From positions 1,170,001-1,202,000 of the forward strand of contig NZ_CP015137.1 of assembly GCF_001644705.1 (NCBI RefSeq): a stretch of DNA of 32,000 nt. Reading direction: 5' to 3'. Positions 1 to 9,297 of the stretch are shown in pieces. How positions within the stretch are numbered: position 1 is the stretch's first letter; the number at the start of each line of letters is the position of its first letter. The notes below the pieces were generated by a model. It saw nothing but the letters and a program-made list of their open reading frames with translations. It searched no databases and was not told the origin of the DNA. The DNA is from Dickeya solani IPO 2222. Its GTDB lineage: Bacteria; Pseudomonadota; Gammaproteobacteria; Enterobacterales; Enterobacteriaceae. Position numbers and translations under genes: made by a program.

Positions 1-1
1 C

Positions 2-598
2 ACGGTGCCGATCGTGGTCATCAACCGCCACCTGCCGATGGCGCCTGACCGCTGCGTCTGGTTCGAACAACAGCAGGCGGTGTTCCAGTTGATCGCTTAT
101 CTGGTGCAGCAAGGGCACCGCGAAATTGCCTGTATCACCGGGCCGATCAACACCCCGACCGCGCGCGCGCGTCTGGCGGGTTACCGGCAGGCGCTCGACC
201 ATCATCGTATCCCTTATGATCCGCTGCGGGTGGTCAACGGCGACAATCTGGTGCCCGGCGGCTATCAGGCGGTGCGCGAACTGCTGGCGCATGACGCCGG
301 TTTTTCCGCGATTTTCGCCAGCAACGACGATATGTGCATCGGCGCGATGAAAGCGCTGCTCGAAGCCGGTAAACGGCTGCCGCAAGACGTGTCGCTGTTC
401 GGCTTTGACGATATCCCCAGCGCCCCTTATCTGAACCCGGCGCTGTCCACGGTGTATTTGCCGATTGAAGAGATGATCAGCGCCGCCATCTCGCAGGCGC
501 TGAAATTGTCTGAAGGCGAAGCGGTCAAACCGATCGCCCCGTTTATCGGTGAATTGAAACGGCGTGCCTCGGTGGCGCAAGGGCCGCACGCGCGCTAA
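2..598 (+). CDS. LacI/GalR-family transcriptional regulator, C-terminal effector-binding domain (5' end outside window)
   Basis: The reading frame is open to the window edge. The core is typical of LacI-family sugar-binding domains (FASNDDMCIGAMKAL, SLFGFDDIP). It lies upstream of lysA/lysR, as galR does in E. coli, but orthology to GalR cannot be confirmed here. Confidence 0.75.
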   Translation, partial: TVPIVVINRHLPMAPDRCVWFEQQQAVFQLIAYLVQQGHREIACITGPINTPTARARLAGYRQALDHHRIPYDPLRVVNGDNLVPGGYQAVRELLAHDAGFSAIFASNDDMCIGAMKALLEAGKRLPQDVSLFGFDDIPSAPYLNPALSTVYLPIEEMISAAISQALKLSEGEAVKPIAPFIGELKRRASVAQGPHAR

Positions 599-613
599 AT
601 CGGCGCCGAGCGG

Positions 614-1876
614 TTACACCCGCTCCAGCGCCAGCAGTTCGTCCAGCGTCTGGCGACGGCGGATCAACCGCGGCTGTCCTTGTTCAAACAGCACTTCGGC
701 AATCAGCGGGCGGCTGTTGTAGTTGGAGGACATCGACGCACCGTAAGCGCCGGTGTCATGGAACACCAGATAATCGCCCACCTGCGCCGACGGCAGCGGC
801 AGCGTTTCCACCCCACCGCCCGCCTGTTGGGTAAATACATCGCCGGATTCGCACAGCGGGCCCGCCACCACGGTGTCACGCAGCGCGGACTGGCTTAGAT
901 CGCGCCCATCGCCCGGCAACAGGGTGATGTGATGGTAACTGCCGTACATCGCAGGGCGCATCAGGTCGCTGAACCCGGCGTCCACCAGCACAAAATGACG
1001 GCTGCCCATGTCTTTCACCGCGCACACCTGCGCCACCAGCACCCCGGACTCCGCCACCAGAAAACGCCCCGGCTCGATTTCCAGCGCCACCGGGTGCTCC
1101 AGATGCGCGGCGATCTGCTCCCGCGCCCGGTTCCACAGCCCATAATAGTGTTGAGTATCAATGCGCTCGCCGCCGTGACGATAGGGAATCGACAACCCGC
1201 CGCCGGCGGAAATCGCCTCCAGATCCTGCCCCACCGCCAGCACCTGCTGCACCATGGCGTCGCACACCTGCTCCAAATGCTTGTAATCAACGCCGGAGCC
1301 GATATGCATGTGGATGCCCACCAGCTTCAGGCGGTAACGGCTCAGCGCCTCCAGCGCCTGCGGCAAATCGGCATACCAGATACCATGTTTGCTGTTTTCG
1401 CCGCCGGTGTTGGTCTTCTGACTGTGGCCGTGGCCGAATCCCGGATTAATACGCAGCCACACCGGGTGACCCGGCGAACGCTCGCCCAGTTGATGCAGCA
1501 TGTCGATGGAACCGGCATTCACCGGAATATTCAGCTCCTGCACCCGTTGCAGCGTGGCATCATCCAGCACATCAGCGGTAAACACGATCTCATGCGCGTC
1601 GGTGCCTGGCTCAAACCCGGCCGCCAGCGCACGTTCAATTTCGCCCAGCGATACCGAATCCACTTTCACGCCCTGCTGGCGCATCAGCGTCAGAATATGC
1701 AGGTTGGAACAGGCTTTCTGCGCAAAACGGATGGTATCGAATTGGCGCAACTGACCGATGCGCTCAATGATAGTCTCGGCATCGTAGGCCCACAGCGGGC
1801 AGCCAAAGCGTTCCGGCAGCGCGCGCAGGCTCTGGACGTTCAGCGCATGGGAAAGGTCATTCAGATCGTGTGGCAT
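614..1876 (-). CDS. lysA: diaminopimelate decarboxylase
   Basis: The 420-aa product is the same length as E. coli LysA and collinear with it (RFAQKACSN, GVKVDSVSLGEIERALAAG, HSQKTNTGGENSKHGIW, CESGDVF, GAYGASMSSNYNSRPL). It is divergent from lysR. Confidence 0.97.
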   Translation of the reverse strand: MPHDLNDLSHALNVQSLRALPERFGCPLWAYDAETIIERIGQLRQFDTIRFAQKACSNLHILTLMRQQGVKVDSVSLGEIERALAAGFEPGTDAHEIVFTADVLDDATLQRVQELNIPVNAGSIDMLHQLGERSPGHPVWLRINPGFGHGHSQKTNTGGENSKHGIWYADLPQALEALSRYRLKLVGIHMHIGSGVDYKHLEQVCDAMVQQVLAVGQDLEAISAGGGLSIPYRHGGERIDTQHYYGLWNRAREQIAAHLEHPVALEIEPGRFLVAESGVLVAQVCAVKDMGSRHFVLVDAGFSDLMRPAMYGSYHHITLLPGDGRDLSQSALRDTVVAGPLCESGDVFTQQAGGGVETLPLPSAQVGDYLVFHDTGAYGASMSSNYNSRPLIAEVLFEQGQPRLIRRRQTLDELLALERV

Positions 1877-2000
1877 GGATATCGTACCGTGGCGTTATCA
1901 GATACCGAAATTGTGCTGGCCTGCAAGCTATAATACAAATATCCTTTTTCGCAGACTCTATTCATTTCTGATATGGCTTAGCTAAACAAAAGAGGGACGG

Positions 2001-2933
2001 ATGGCTGAGATTTCCCTGCGCCACATCGAGATCTTTCACGCGGTAATGACCACCGGCAACCTGACGGAAGCCGCCGCGCTGCTCAATACCTCGCAGCCGA
2101 CGGTGAGCCGCGAACTGGCGCGTTTTGAGCATCTGGTACAGATGCCGCTGTTCGAACGCCTGCGCGGGCGGTTGCACCCCACCGCGCAGGCGTTGCAATT
2201 GTTCGACGAAGTCCAGCACTCCTATTACGGGCTGGAGCGCATCATCAACGCCGCGCGTGATATTCGGCAGTTTCGGCAGGCGCCGCTGTCGGTGGCTTGT
2301 CTGCCGGTGTTCTCCCAGTCATTGCTGCCTGAAGTATGCCAGCCGCTGCTGGCACGCTACCCGGCGCTCAATCTGCACGTCATCCCGCAGGAATCGCCGC
2401 TGCTGGAAGAGTGGCTGTCGGCGCAGCGCCACGATCTGGGGCTGACGGAAAATCAGGTCACCCCCGCCGGCACCGAACGGCAAACGCTGATGGCGCTAAA
2501 TGAAGTCTGCGTACTGCCCATCGGCCACCCGCTGGCGCGCAAAACGGTGCTGACGCCGGAGGATTTCCGCGACCAGCCGTTTGTCAGCCTGTCCAGTACC
2601 GACAGTTACCGGCAGCTGCTGGACCAGCAATTTGAGCAGGCGAACGTCGCGCGGCGGCTGGTGCTGGACACCCACAGCGCCGCCTCGGTATGCGCGATGG
2701 TGCGCGCCGGAGTGGGGTTGTCGATCGTCAATCCGCTCACCGCGGTGGATTACGCCAGCAGCGGCGCGGTGGCGGTACGCCGTTTCAGCATCGAGGTGCC
2801 GTTTACCGTCAGCCTGATTCGTCCGCTGCACCGCCCGGCCTCGGCCTTGGTGGAGCAATTCACCGAACAGTTGCTCACCTTCGCCGAAAACTTTCCCGCG
2901 CGGTTGCAGCGCTGGCTGGCGCACAACATCTAA
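2001..2933 (+). CDS. lysR: LysR-type transcriptional activator of lysA
   Basis: The 310-aa product matches E. coli LysR at the N-terminal HTH (LRHIEIFHAVMTTGNLTEAA..TSQPTVSRELARFE) and throughout (CLPVFSQS, ESPLLEEWLSAQRHDLGLTE, HSAASVCAMVRAGVG). It is divergent from lysA. Confidence 0.95.
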   Translation: MAEISLRHIEIFHAVMTTGNLTEAAALLNTSQPTVSRELARFEHLVQMPLFERLRGRLHPTAQALQLFDEVQHSYYGLERIINAARDIRQFRQAPLSVACLPVFSQSLLPEVCQPLLARYPALNLHVIPQESPLLEEWLSAQRHDLGLTENQVTPAGTERQTLMALNEVCVLPIGHPLARKTVLTPEDFRDQPFVSLSSTDSYRQLLDQQFEQANVARRLVLDTHSAASVCAMVRAGVGLSIVNPLTAVDYASSGAVAVRRFSIEVPFTVSLIRPLHRPASALVEQFTEQLLTFAENFPARLQRWLAHNI

Positions 2934-3008
2934 TTAAAAGCCGGCTTGACAGCGGGAAGGCGCTTTCGTAACTTCAATCTAACATCAAAATTTAAAAATT
3001 GAGGCGAA

Positions 3009-4349
3009 ATGGCAAAACATCCAGTAGAACAAGCGCCTAAGCTTGATTTTACCTCTCCAGATTTCAATGAAATCTTCGCATACCTCAGTCACTATGGTAT
3101 GGCAGATGCGCAGGGACGCTACCTGCACTGGAATCAGCTAAAATGGCGGGTGCCGGGTAAAGATGCACGAAACATTTGGCTGGCGGTCAAATTTCACCGT
3201 TATAACGCTAGGAAAACAATCGGTTTACAGGACAAAGCAGACAACGAATTTCATTACTGCATACACGATTCGCTGGAACCAAAACTTCATCGCATCGTAC
3301 AGCTAGGAGCCGGAAAAATCGCCTCAATTGCCGGGACACAGGCATCGGATAATGTGAGGCAAAATTATCTGGTCTCGTCTTTGTTGATGGAGGAAGCCAT
3401 CACCAGCGCTCAACTGGAAGGTGCGGCGACGACCCGCGCTGATGCCAAGAAAATGCTGGAAGAGGAACTAACACCGGCAACGCCTGACGAGCGTATGATA
3501 TTAAACAATTATATGTTGTTAAGATTAGCGGACAGAAGAAAGAATGAGCCACTTACCCGTGACTTAATGTTGGAGTTTCACCGGGTTGCCACACAAGGCG
3601 TATCAGAGAACGATAATATTCCAGGCGAGTTTAGATGCAGTGACGATATTTATATTGGTAATGACGACAATCCACTATTCTACCCACCCAATCACCTACT
3701 GCTTGAAGATAGACTGGAAAAAATTTGCTCATTTGCAAATGATAAACACGATGGCGAGAATGGTTCAAAATTTATCCCACCGGTCATCAAAGCAATAATA
3801 CTTCATTTTTTAATGGGGTATGAGCACGCGTTCAGGGATGGGAACGGCCGTACCGCAAGAGCCATTTTTTATTGGTTTATGCTTAAAAATGGATACGATA
3901 TCTTTGAATATATCTCTATCAGCAAAGTTATCAAGGAACACGCCAGAGATTACGGCTTATCATACCTATATGTTCAGAAAGATTATGGAGATTTGACATA
4001 TTTTATCGACTTTCACCTTAAAGTTATATTAGAGGCATTTGAAGAGCTACAAGAATACTTAAAAATAAAAACAGAAGAGTTTTATGAGCTTGTCGCAATT
4101 CTTGAACACTCAAAATATAAAGAAAAATTAAATTTCATACAAAAAGACCTTATCAAAAAAGGGGTGAAAGAGCCTGGCAGGATATTTAAAGTCAAAGCAG
4201 TGCAAAACGTTTATGGCGTCAGCGAAAATACCGCCAGAAAATTATTACGGGAATTGGTGAATATGAATATATTTCTGCCAATATCCGTTGGAAGAACAAC
4301 GCATTTCATATCGCCCGCTGATTTAAGAGAAAGACTGAGCGTAAAATGA
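3009..4349 (+). CDS. Fic-domain protein (AMPylator-type), with an N-terminal inhibitory-helix motif and a probable C-terminal winged-helix domain
   Basis: It carries the canonical Fic motif HAFRDGNGRTAR (HxFx[D/E]GNGRxxR). The upstream motif SAQLEG fits the auto-inhibitory [S/T]xxxE[G/N] helix. A lysine-rich C-terminal tail follows. The RBS is TGAGG. The gene is visibly AT-rich relative to its flanks. Confidence 0.85.
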   Translation: MAKHPVEQAPKLDFTSPDFNEIFAYLSHYGMADAQGRYLHWNQLKWRVPGKDARNIWLAVKFHRYNARKTIGLQDKADNEFHYCIHDSLEPKLHRIVQLGAGKIASIAGTQASDNVRQNYLVSSLLMEEAITSAQLEGAATTRADAKKMLEEELTPATPDERMILNNYMLLRLADRRKNEPLTRDLMLEFHRVATQGVSENDNIPGEFRCSDDIYIGNDDNPLFYPPNHLLLEDRLEKICSFANDKHDGENGSKFIPPVIKAIILHFLMGYEHAFRDGNGRTARAIFYWFMLKNGYDIFEYISISKVIKEHARDYGLSYLYVQKDYGDLTYFIDFHLKVILEAFEELQEYLKIKTEEFYELVAILEHSKYKEKLNFIQKDLIKKGVKEPGRIFKVKAVQNVYGVSENTARKLLRELVNMNIFLPISVGRTTHFISPADLRERLSVK

Positions 4350-4367
4350 AAATGTTATGTTCTGGAA

Positions 4368-4390
4368 GGGCAGCTCACTGCCCTGTTTCT
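4368..4390 (+). terminator. hairpin terminator after the Fic gene
   Basis: GGGCAG-ctca-CTGCCC is followed by TGTTTCT, about 20 nt after the Fic stop codon. Confidence 0.5.
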
Positions 4391-4428
4391 CGTTAAGCAT
4401 TCCTTCACAACTGAACAATTTGCGTTGC

Positions 4429-4462
4429 AAAAAGGGGGGGGTAAGCAGGCGATCCCCCCTCC
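4429..4462 (-). terminator. Rho-independent terminator of the ABC operon
   Basis: On the minus strand, directly after the ATPase stop codon, a G-run/C-run hairpin (GGGGGG..CCCCCC) is followed by TTTTT. Confidence 0.7.
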
Positions 4463-4463
4463 T

Positions 4464-5456
4464 TTACGCCACCTCACGCAGCGCGCTGAGATCGATCTGC
4501 ACACCGACCCGGCTGCCGGTTGGGTGCAAATCGGTCACCGCACGGTTGAGCACGTCTACCGACAGCTCCACCTCGCTGATGCGTACCCGGTAGCGGATCA
4601 CGTTGCCCAGCAGGCTGTGACCGATGATTTCCCCGGCCAGCCCCTGCTCCGGCGTACACAACAGCACCGACTCCGGGCGCAGCGCCACCTGGCTGGAAAA
4701 ACGCCCGCCGGTCAGGCTCATCGCCTGTTCGGCACTCAGTAGGTTGTAACTGCCGATGAACCCGGCGGCAAACAGACTAGCGGGCTGGGTGTAGAGCGAT
4801 TCGGCATCGCCGTTCTGCACGATTTCGCCCTTGTTCATCAGCACGATACGGTCGGATAACGTCAACGCCTCTTCCTGATCGTGAGTCACGAAGATGGCGG
4901 TCAGATTCAGCTCCTGCTGGATGCGCCGGATCTGCTCGCGCAGGTGACGGCGAATACGGGCATCCAGCGCCGACAGCGGTTCATCCAGCAACAGCAGGCG
5001 TGGACGGGTCACCAGCGAGCGCGCCAGCGCCACGCGTTGACACTGGCCGCCGGACAACTGGTGCGGGTAGCGGCGGGCGTAGTCGCCCAGTTCCACCAAC
5101 GCCAGCACCTCCGCCACCCGCGCGCGAATCTCGCCGGCGGGCAATTTCTGCATTTTCAGACCGAACGCCACATTGCCTTCGACGGTCATATTGGGAAACA
5201 GCGCGTAGTTCTGGAACACCATGCCGATATCGCGCTTTTGCGGCGACAGCGGCACAATGTCGCGGCCCTGTAGCAGAATCTGGCCGCTGTCCACCGCCGT
5301 CAACCCGGCCAGACAGCGTAACAGCGTTGACTTGCCGCAGCCGCTCGGCCCCAGCAGCGTGACAAACTCGCCTTCGTCGGCCGAAAATTGAATGTCCTGA
5401 AACACCCTGGTCGGCCCGTAGTGTTTATTCAGATTGATGACGTCAAGGTAGGCCAT
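4464..5456 (-). CDS. ABC transporter ATP-binding protein (PotA/Fe3+-type importer ATPase)
   Basis: Walker A is GPSGCGKST, the ABC signature is LSGGQCQRVALAR and Walker B is LLLLDEPLSALD. A C-terminal regulatory domain follows. It is the last gene of a five-gene minus-strand operon. Confidence 0.93.
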   Translation of the reverse strand: MAYLDVINLNKHYGPTRVFQDIQFSADEGEFVTLLGPSGCGKSTLLRCLAGLTAVDSGQILLQGRDIVPLSPQKRDIGMVFQNYALFPNMTVEGNVAFGLKMQKLPAGEIRARVAEVLALVELGDYARRYPHQLSGGQCQRVALARSLVTRPRLLLLDEPLSALDARIRRHLREQIRRIQQELNLTAIFVTHDQEEALTLSDRIVLMNKGEIVQNGDAESLYTQPASLFAAGFIGSYNLLSAEQAMSLTGGRFSSQVALRPESVLLCTPEQGLAGEIIGHSLLGNVIRYRVRISEVELSVDVLNRAVTDLHPTGSRVGVQIDLSALREVA

Positions 5457-5489
5457 GTTCAGCGTGTCCCTTATTACTCATTGCTTGAT

Positions 5490-6272
5490 TCATTGATTGC
5501 GGTTAAGCGCGTTCGCCAGCCAGGTCACCAGCAGCACCACCAGAAAATAGGAGATCACCAGCGCGCTGGTAAAATGCCCGCTGTCATTGCGTTTGTTGTA
5601 CAGGTACACCTGCAAGGTTTCGTAGTTGGTGCCGGCCAGCAGATTGGCGAACACGAACTCGCCGATCAGGAATGAAAACGACAGCAGCACGGCAATCATC
5701 ACCCCTTTACGCAGGTTGGGCAGCACCACCCACAGCGCCGCCTGCCAGGTACTGGCGCCGAGCAGATGCGCCGCGTCCAGCAACTCCTGCAAGTTGATGG
5801 CCTGCATGTTGTTGGCGATGGCGCGGTAAATAAACGGCAGTGCGATGGTGAAATAGCAGCCGACCAGAATCCAGGGGGTGCCGGTCAGCGCCAGCGGTTC
5901 GGCGGAGTAAAGCTGCAGCAGCCCCACCGACGACACCACCGGCGGCACCGCGAACGGCAGCAGAATCAGTACGTTCATCAGCCCGTCCAGCTTCGGAAAT
6001 GCCCAGGCGATCACGAACATCGCCGGCAACACCAGCAGCAGCGAAAACAGTAATGCGCCGAAACAAATCAGCAGCGAGTGACCCAGCGCCACCAGAAAAC
6101 GGCTGTCGCTCCACAGTTGCGTAAACCATTTCAGGGTCAGCCCCTGCGGCAGAATGGTCGCGCCCCACTCGGTGGCAAGCGCATAACCCAGCGTCGCCAG
6201 CAACGGCAACATCAGAATCAGTAACACCAGCCACACCACCAGCAGGTGGTAACGGCGTTCAGCACGGGACAT
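5490..6272 (-). CDS. ABC transporter permease
   Basis: The product is polytopic with an EAA loop (LLDAAHLLGASTWQAALWVVLPNLRKG). I chose the ATG at 6272 because GGAGG lies 6 nt upstream and this start clears the stop codon of the upstream gene at 6293. The longer ORF starting at 6332 would overlap that gene. Confidence 0.88.
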   Translation of the reverse strand: MSRAERRYHLLVVWLVLLILMLPLLATLGYALATEWGATILPQGLTLKWFTQLWSDSRFLVALGHSLLICFGALLFSLLLVLPAMFVIAWAFPKLDGLMNVLILLPFAVPPVVSSVGLLQLYSAEPLALTGTPWILVGCYFTIALPFIYRAIANNMQAINLQELLDAAHLLGASTWQAALWVVLPNLRKGVMIAVLLSFSFLIGEFVFANLLAGTNYETLQVYLYNKRNDSGHFTSALVISYFLVVLLVTWLANALNRNQ

Positions 6273-6292
6273 GGCGGCCTCCGGCAACAGGA

Positions 6293-7135
6293 TTAGCGGG
6301 CAGCATGGAGATAACTCCGGCGTAGCAGCCATTGGTGAACCACGGTAATCAGCGCCATCAGCAGTACCAGCAGCATGGACAGCGCGCTGCCCAGGTTCGG
6401 ATCCAGCGAGATATCGCCGGATACCAGCGCCGCAATGCGGATCGGCACCACGTTGAAGTTACCGGTAGTGAGTGCGTAAATGGTGGCGTAGGCGCCCAAC
6501 GCATTCGCCAGCAGAATGACGAAGGTGCCGAGCAACGCCGGCGTCAGCACCGGAATGCCGATATGCAGCCAGTAACGCCAGCGGCTGGCGCCCAGCAGCG
6601 CCGCCGACTCCTGCCATTCGCTGCGCAGCCCGTCAAACGCCGGGTAGAGCAGCAGGATGCCGAGCGGGATCTGGAAATAGGTATAAATCAGGATCAACCC
6701 GTCACGGGAGTAGAGATTAAAGCCGTCGATCAGCCCATTCTGCTTGAGCAACAGGGTGATAAAACCGTTCAGCCCCAGCATGATCACGAAGGCGAACGCC
6801 AGCGGCACGCCGGCGAAATTGCTGGTCATATTGGCGAACGACATCACAAAGCGCCGCAGCCGCCCTTCCCCCAGCTGTTGCAGCGAGTAGCCACCGACCA
6901 GCGCGATGAAAAGGCCGTACAGGCTCGACCAGAACGAGATATCCAGCGAAAAGCGCATCGCCTGCAAATAAAACGGCGACGTCAGCAGGTCGCGGTAATT
7001 CGCCAGCCCCCAGGCGCTGTCCATGTCGCTGTAAAAACTGTTGATCGCCATCCACACCAGCGGGGCTATCTGAAACGCGATAAACACCGCCAAAAACGGC
7101 AGCAGAACCAGCGCCGCCAGCCATCGAGTCCTCAC
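6293..7135 (-). CDS. ABC transporter permease
   Basis: The product is polytopic with an EAA loop (ESAALLGASRWRYWLHIGIPVL). Its start overlaps the upstream gene's stop by 4 nt (7132-7135), which indicates translational coupling. Confidence 0.9.
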   Translation of the reverse strand: MRTRWLAALVLLPFLAVFIAFQIAPLVWMAINSFYSDMDSAWGLANYRDLLTSPFYLQAMRFSLDISFWSSLYGLFIALVGGYSLQQLGEGRLRRFVMSFANMTSNFAGVPLAFAFVIMLGLNGFITLLLKQNGLIDGFNLYSRDGLILIYTYFQIPLGILLLYPAFDGLRSEWQESAALLGASRWRYWLHIGIPVLTPALLGTFVILLANALGAYATIYALTTGNFNVVPIRIAALVSGDISLDPNLGSALSMLLVLLMALITVVHQWLLRRSYLHAAR

Positions 7136-7956
7136 GCCCGCCCCTCCGTGATACCTTTCACCAGCAGATCGCGGCTAACGGACTTGTCACACGTCACGCC
7201 AAGCAACTGGCACACCGTGCCGCACAGCTCGGTTTGCTGCGGCGCGGCATCCGGTTGCAGCGAGAAACTATCGCCGAATACGTACAGCGGCACCTGACGC
7301 TCTTCCGGCAAAATGCCACCGTGACTGCGGTCGTCGTTCATGCCGTGATCCGCCGTCACCAGCACCTGATACCCCTCCGCCAGCCAACGCGGCATCCAGT
7401 GCGACAGGTAACCGTCCGCCATACGCGCCTTGTTGCGGTACTGCGGGGTGGACAGGCCGTGCCGGTGACCGGCGTCGTCAATATTCATCGGGTGAATCAG
7501 CAGAAAGTCCGGCTGATAGCGCCGGCGCAGACTTTCCGCGTCTTCAAACAGATGGGAGTCGGGATAGCTGTCGTCATGGTAGAAGTGGCCGTACTGGATC
7601 GGCAGCGACGGCTCGACGGTATGACGATCGCGCGCCGCGTCAAACGGCGTGCGGTTGTACAACTCGCTGACCCAGTGATACGCCGCCGCCGCCGTGGTTA
7701 ATCCGGCATCGCGGGCGTAATGGAAAATGCTGCGCTCGCGGCTCAGCCGGTCGACGCCGTTGTGGATGATGCCGCTCTGCACCGGCGTTATACCGGTGAG
7801 AATGCACTCATACAACGGGCGCGACAGCGACGGCAGTTCACACTCCAGCTGGTAGAGGCAACCGCGCCCGGCGGCGCACTCTGCCTGCAGGTAGCCCATC
7901 GCCTCGCGCCCGACCTGAAAGCTCAGCCCGTCCAGTATCACCAGAATCGTTTTCAT
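7132..7956 (-). CDS. alkaline-phosphatase-superfamily phosphodiesterase (nucleotide pyrophosphatase/phosphodiesterase-like)
   Basis: NPP-family metal and nucleophile motifs are present: ILDGLS, LPSLSRPLYECILTG (nucleophile segment), DDAGHRHG and ADHGMNDDRSHGG. The protein has no signal peptide. The gene is embedded in the ABC operon. Confidence 0.8.
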   Translation of the reverse strand: MKTILVILDGLSFQVGREAMGYLQAECAAGRGCLYQLECELPSLSRPLYECILTGITPVQSGIIHNGVDRLSRERSIFHYARDAGLTTAAAAYHWVSELYNRTPFDAARDRHTVEPSLPIQYGHFYHDDSYPDSHLFEDAESLRRRYQPDFLLIHPMNIDDAGHRHGLSTPQYRNKARMADGYLSHWMPRWLAEGYQVLVTADHGMNDDRSHGGILPEERQVPLYVFGDSFSLQPDAAPQQTELCGTVCQLLGVTCDKSVSRDLLVKGITEGRA

Positions 7957-7977
7957 CCCACACTCCCGCCTGCGTCA

Positions 7978-9033
7978 TTACTGCTTCATGTTGATGATGA
8001 CGTTTTCCTGCCACAGACGCGGCAGCGCTTTCACTGTCTTGTCCCAGGCTTCAGCGTCAGCGATCGGATGCGCGTTCTTGTACTGTTCCTGCGGCAGCAG
8101 TTTGGCTTTCACGTCATCCGGCAGGGTGATGTGCTGGGCGCGGATCGGGCGGGCATAACCGCGCGCCAGATTGATCTGACCGGCATCGGAGAAGATGTAC
8201 TCACGCGCCAGTTTGGCGGCGTTCGGGTGTTTAGCGTATTTGTTGATGATGGTGGTATAGCCGGAGATCACCGAACCGTCAGACGGGATCAATACTTCGA
8301 AACGATCCTTGTTGATCTTGTCGCGGTAGTTCAGGCCGTTGAAATCCCACACCACGCCCACCTGTACTTCGCCTTTTTCGATATTGGCGATCGCCGGGTT
8401 GGTCAGGCCGAGGCGGCCTTCTTTCGCCAGTTTGGCGAAGAAATCCAGCGCCGGTTTCAGGTTCTTCTCGTTGCCGCCCAGCGCGAAACTGGCCGCCAGC
8501 ACGCCGCTGGACGCCTGAGACGCGGTGCCGACATCGCCGATGGTCACCACGTAGTTGCCTTTTTGCAGATCCGCCCAGCTATGCGGGATCTCTTTTACCT
8601 GCTGTTTATCGACGATAAACGCAATGGTGCCGGTGTAAGCCATCGCCCAGTGGCCGTCCTTGTCTTTCGCCCAGTCCGGCACCTGTTCCCAGGTGGTCGG
8701 CTTGTACGGCTGGCTCACGCCTTTTTGCACCGCCACCGGACCGAAAGCGACGCCCACGTCGCCGATATCCGCGCTGGCGTTCTCTTTCTCGGCGGCGAAC
8801 TTGGCGATCTCCTGCGCGGAAGACATGTCGGTATCGCTGTGTTTCAGGCCATATTTGGCGCTCAAATCGTCCCAGGTATCTTTCCAGTTGGCCCAGCTGT
8901 CCGGCATGCCGACGCTGTTAACTTCGCCTTCGGCACGGGCGGCTTTTTCCAGCGCCGCCAGATCCTGCGCCATGACGGCGGTCGAAAACAACGCGCTGCT
9001 GATTAACACAGAAGACAACAATTTTTTCATCAT
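7978..9033 (-). CDS. periplasmic substrate-binding protein of the ABC importer
   Basis: The signal peptide is MMKKLLSSVLISSALFSTAVMA|QD. I chose the ATG at 9033, which has GGAG 4 nt upstream. The fold looks PotD/iron-type. It is the first gene of the operon. Confidence 0.85.
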   Translation of the reverse strand: MMKKLLSSVLISSALFSTAVMAQDLAALEKAARAEGEVNSVGMPDSWANWKDTWDDLSAKYGLKHSDTDMSSAQEIAKFAAEKENASADIGDVGVAFGPVAVQKGVSQPYKPTTWEQVPDWAKDKDGHWAMAYTGTIAFIVDKQQVKEIPHSWADLQKGNYVVTIGDVGTASQASSGVLAASFALGGNEKNLKPALDFFAKLAKEGRLGLTNPAIANIEKGEVQVGVVWDFNGLNYRDKINKDRFEVLIPSDGSVISGYTTIINKYAKHPNAAKLAREYIFSDAGQINLARGYARPIRAQHITLPDDVKAKLLPQEQYKNAHPIADAEAWDKTVKALPRLWQENVIINMKQ

Positions 9034-9079
9034 TATGCTCCATAAGAGGGGGAGTGATACGCTGTTGGTCTGATACTCT

Positions 9080-9095
9080 GCTGGTCTAGTCCAGC
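9080..9095. promoter_or_regulatory. candidate HutC/GntR operator in the ABC operon promoter
   Basis: GCTGGTCTAGTCCAGC is an imperfect palindrome. Its core TGGTCTAGTCCA differs at one position from the TGGTCTAGACCA core known for HutC-subfamily operators (for example DasR dre sites). It lies 47 nt upstream of the binding-protein start, next to the divergent HutC-type regulator. A second TGGTCT half-site is at 9066-9071. Confidence 0.45.
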
Positions 9096-9297
9096 AATAA
9101 GTACGCCAATTCAGCACACGGCGATGAAGTTTTCATGTCGACAATATGACGAAAAGGTTTCAGCGCCAGTCCGCCAACGCCTGTGAGCGGCATCTGACGC
9201 CGGTCGGCTTGCGATTTGCATCATCCCGACAGACAGGCAACCTGATAGTCAAAAATCCCTGCTATGGTGCAGGCTGCACAACATCAAGGCTCTAACG

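Noticed and set aside
929-1933. A 334-aa ORF antisense to lysA. Similar long antisense ORFs occur at 6332-7297, 7720-9006, 11093-11662, 14925-15497, 17718-18467, 19096-19920, 20878-22086, 25433-25996 and 29856-30527.
   Set aside because: These are shadow ORFs on the opposite strand of well-supported genes in GC-rich DNA. Their translations are Arg/His/Gln/Pro-rich low-complexity sequence with no recognisable motifs.
4357-4742. ORFs of 78 and 105 aa on the + strand after the Fic gene.
   Set aside because: They run across two terminator hairpins and then antisense into the ABC ATPase gene. They have no coding features.
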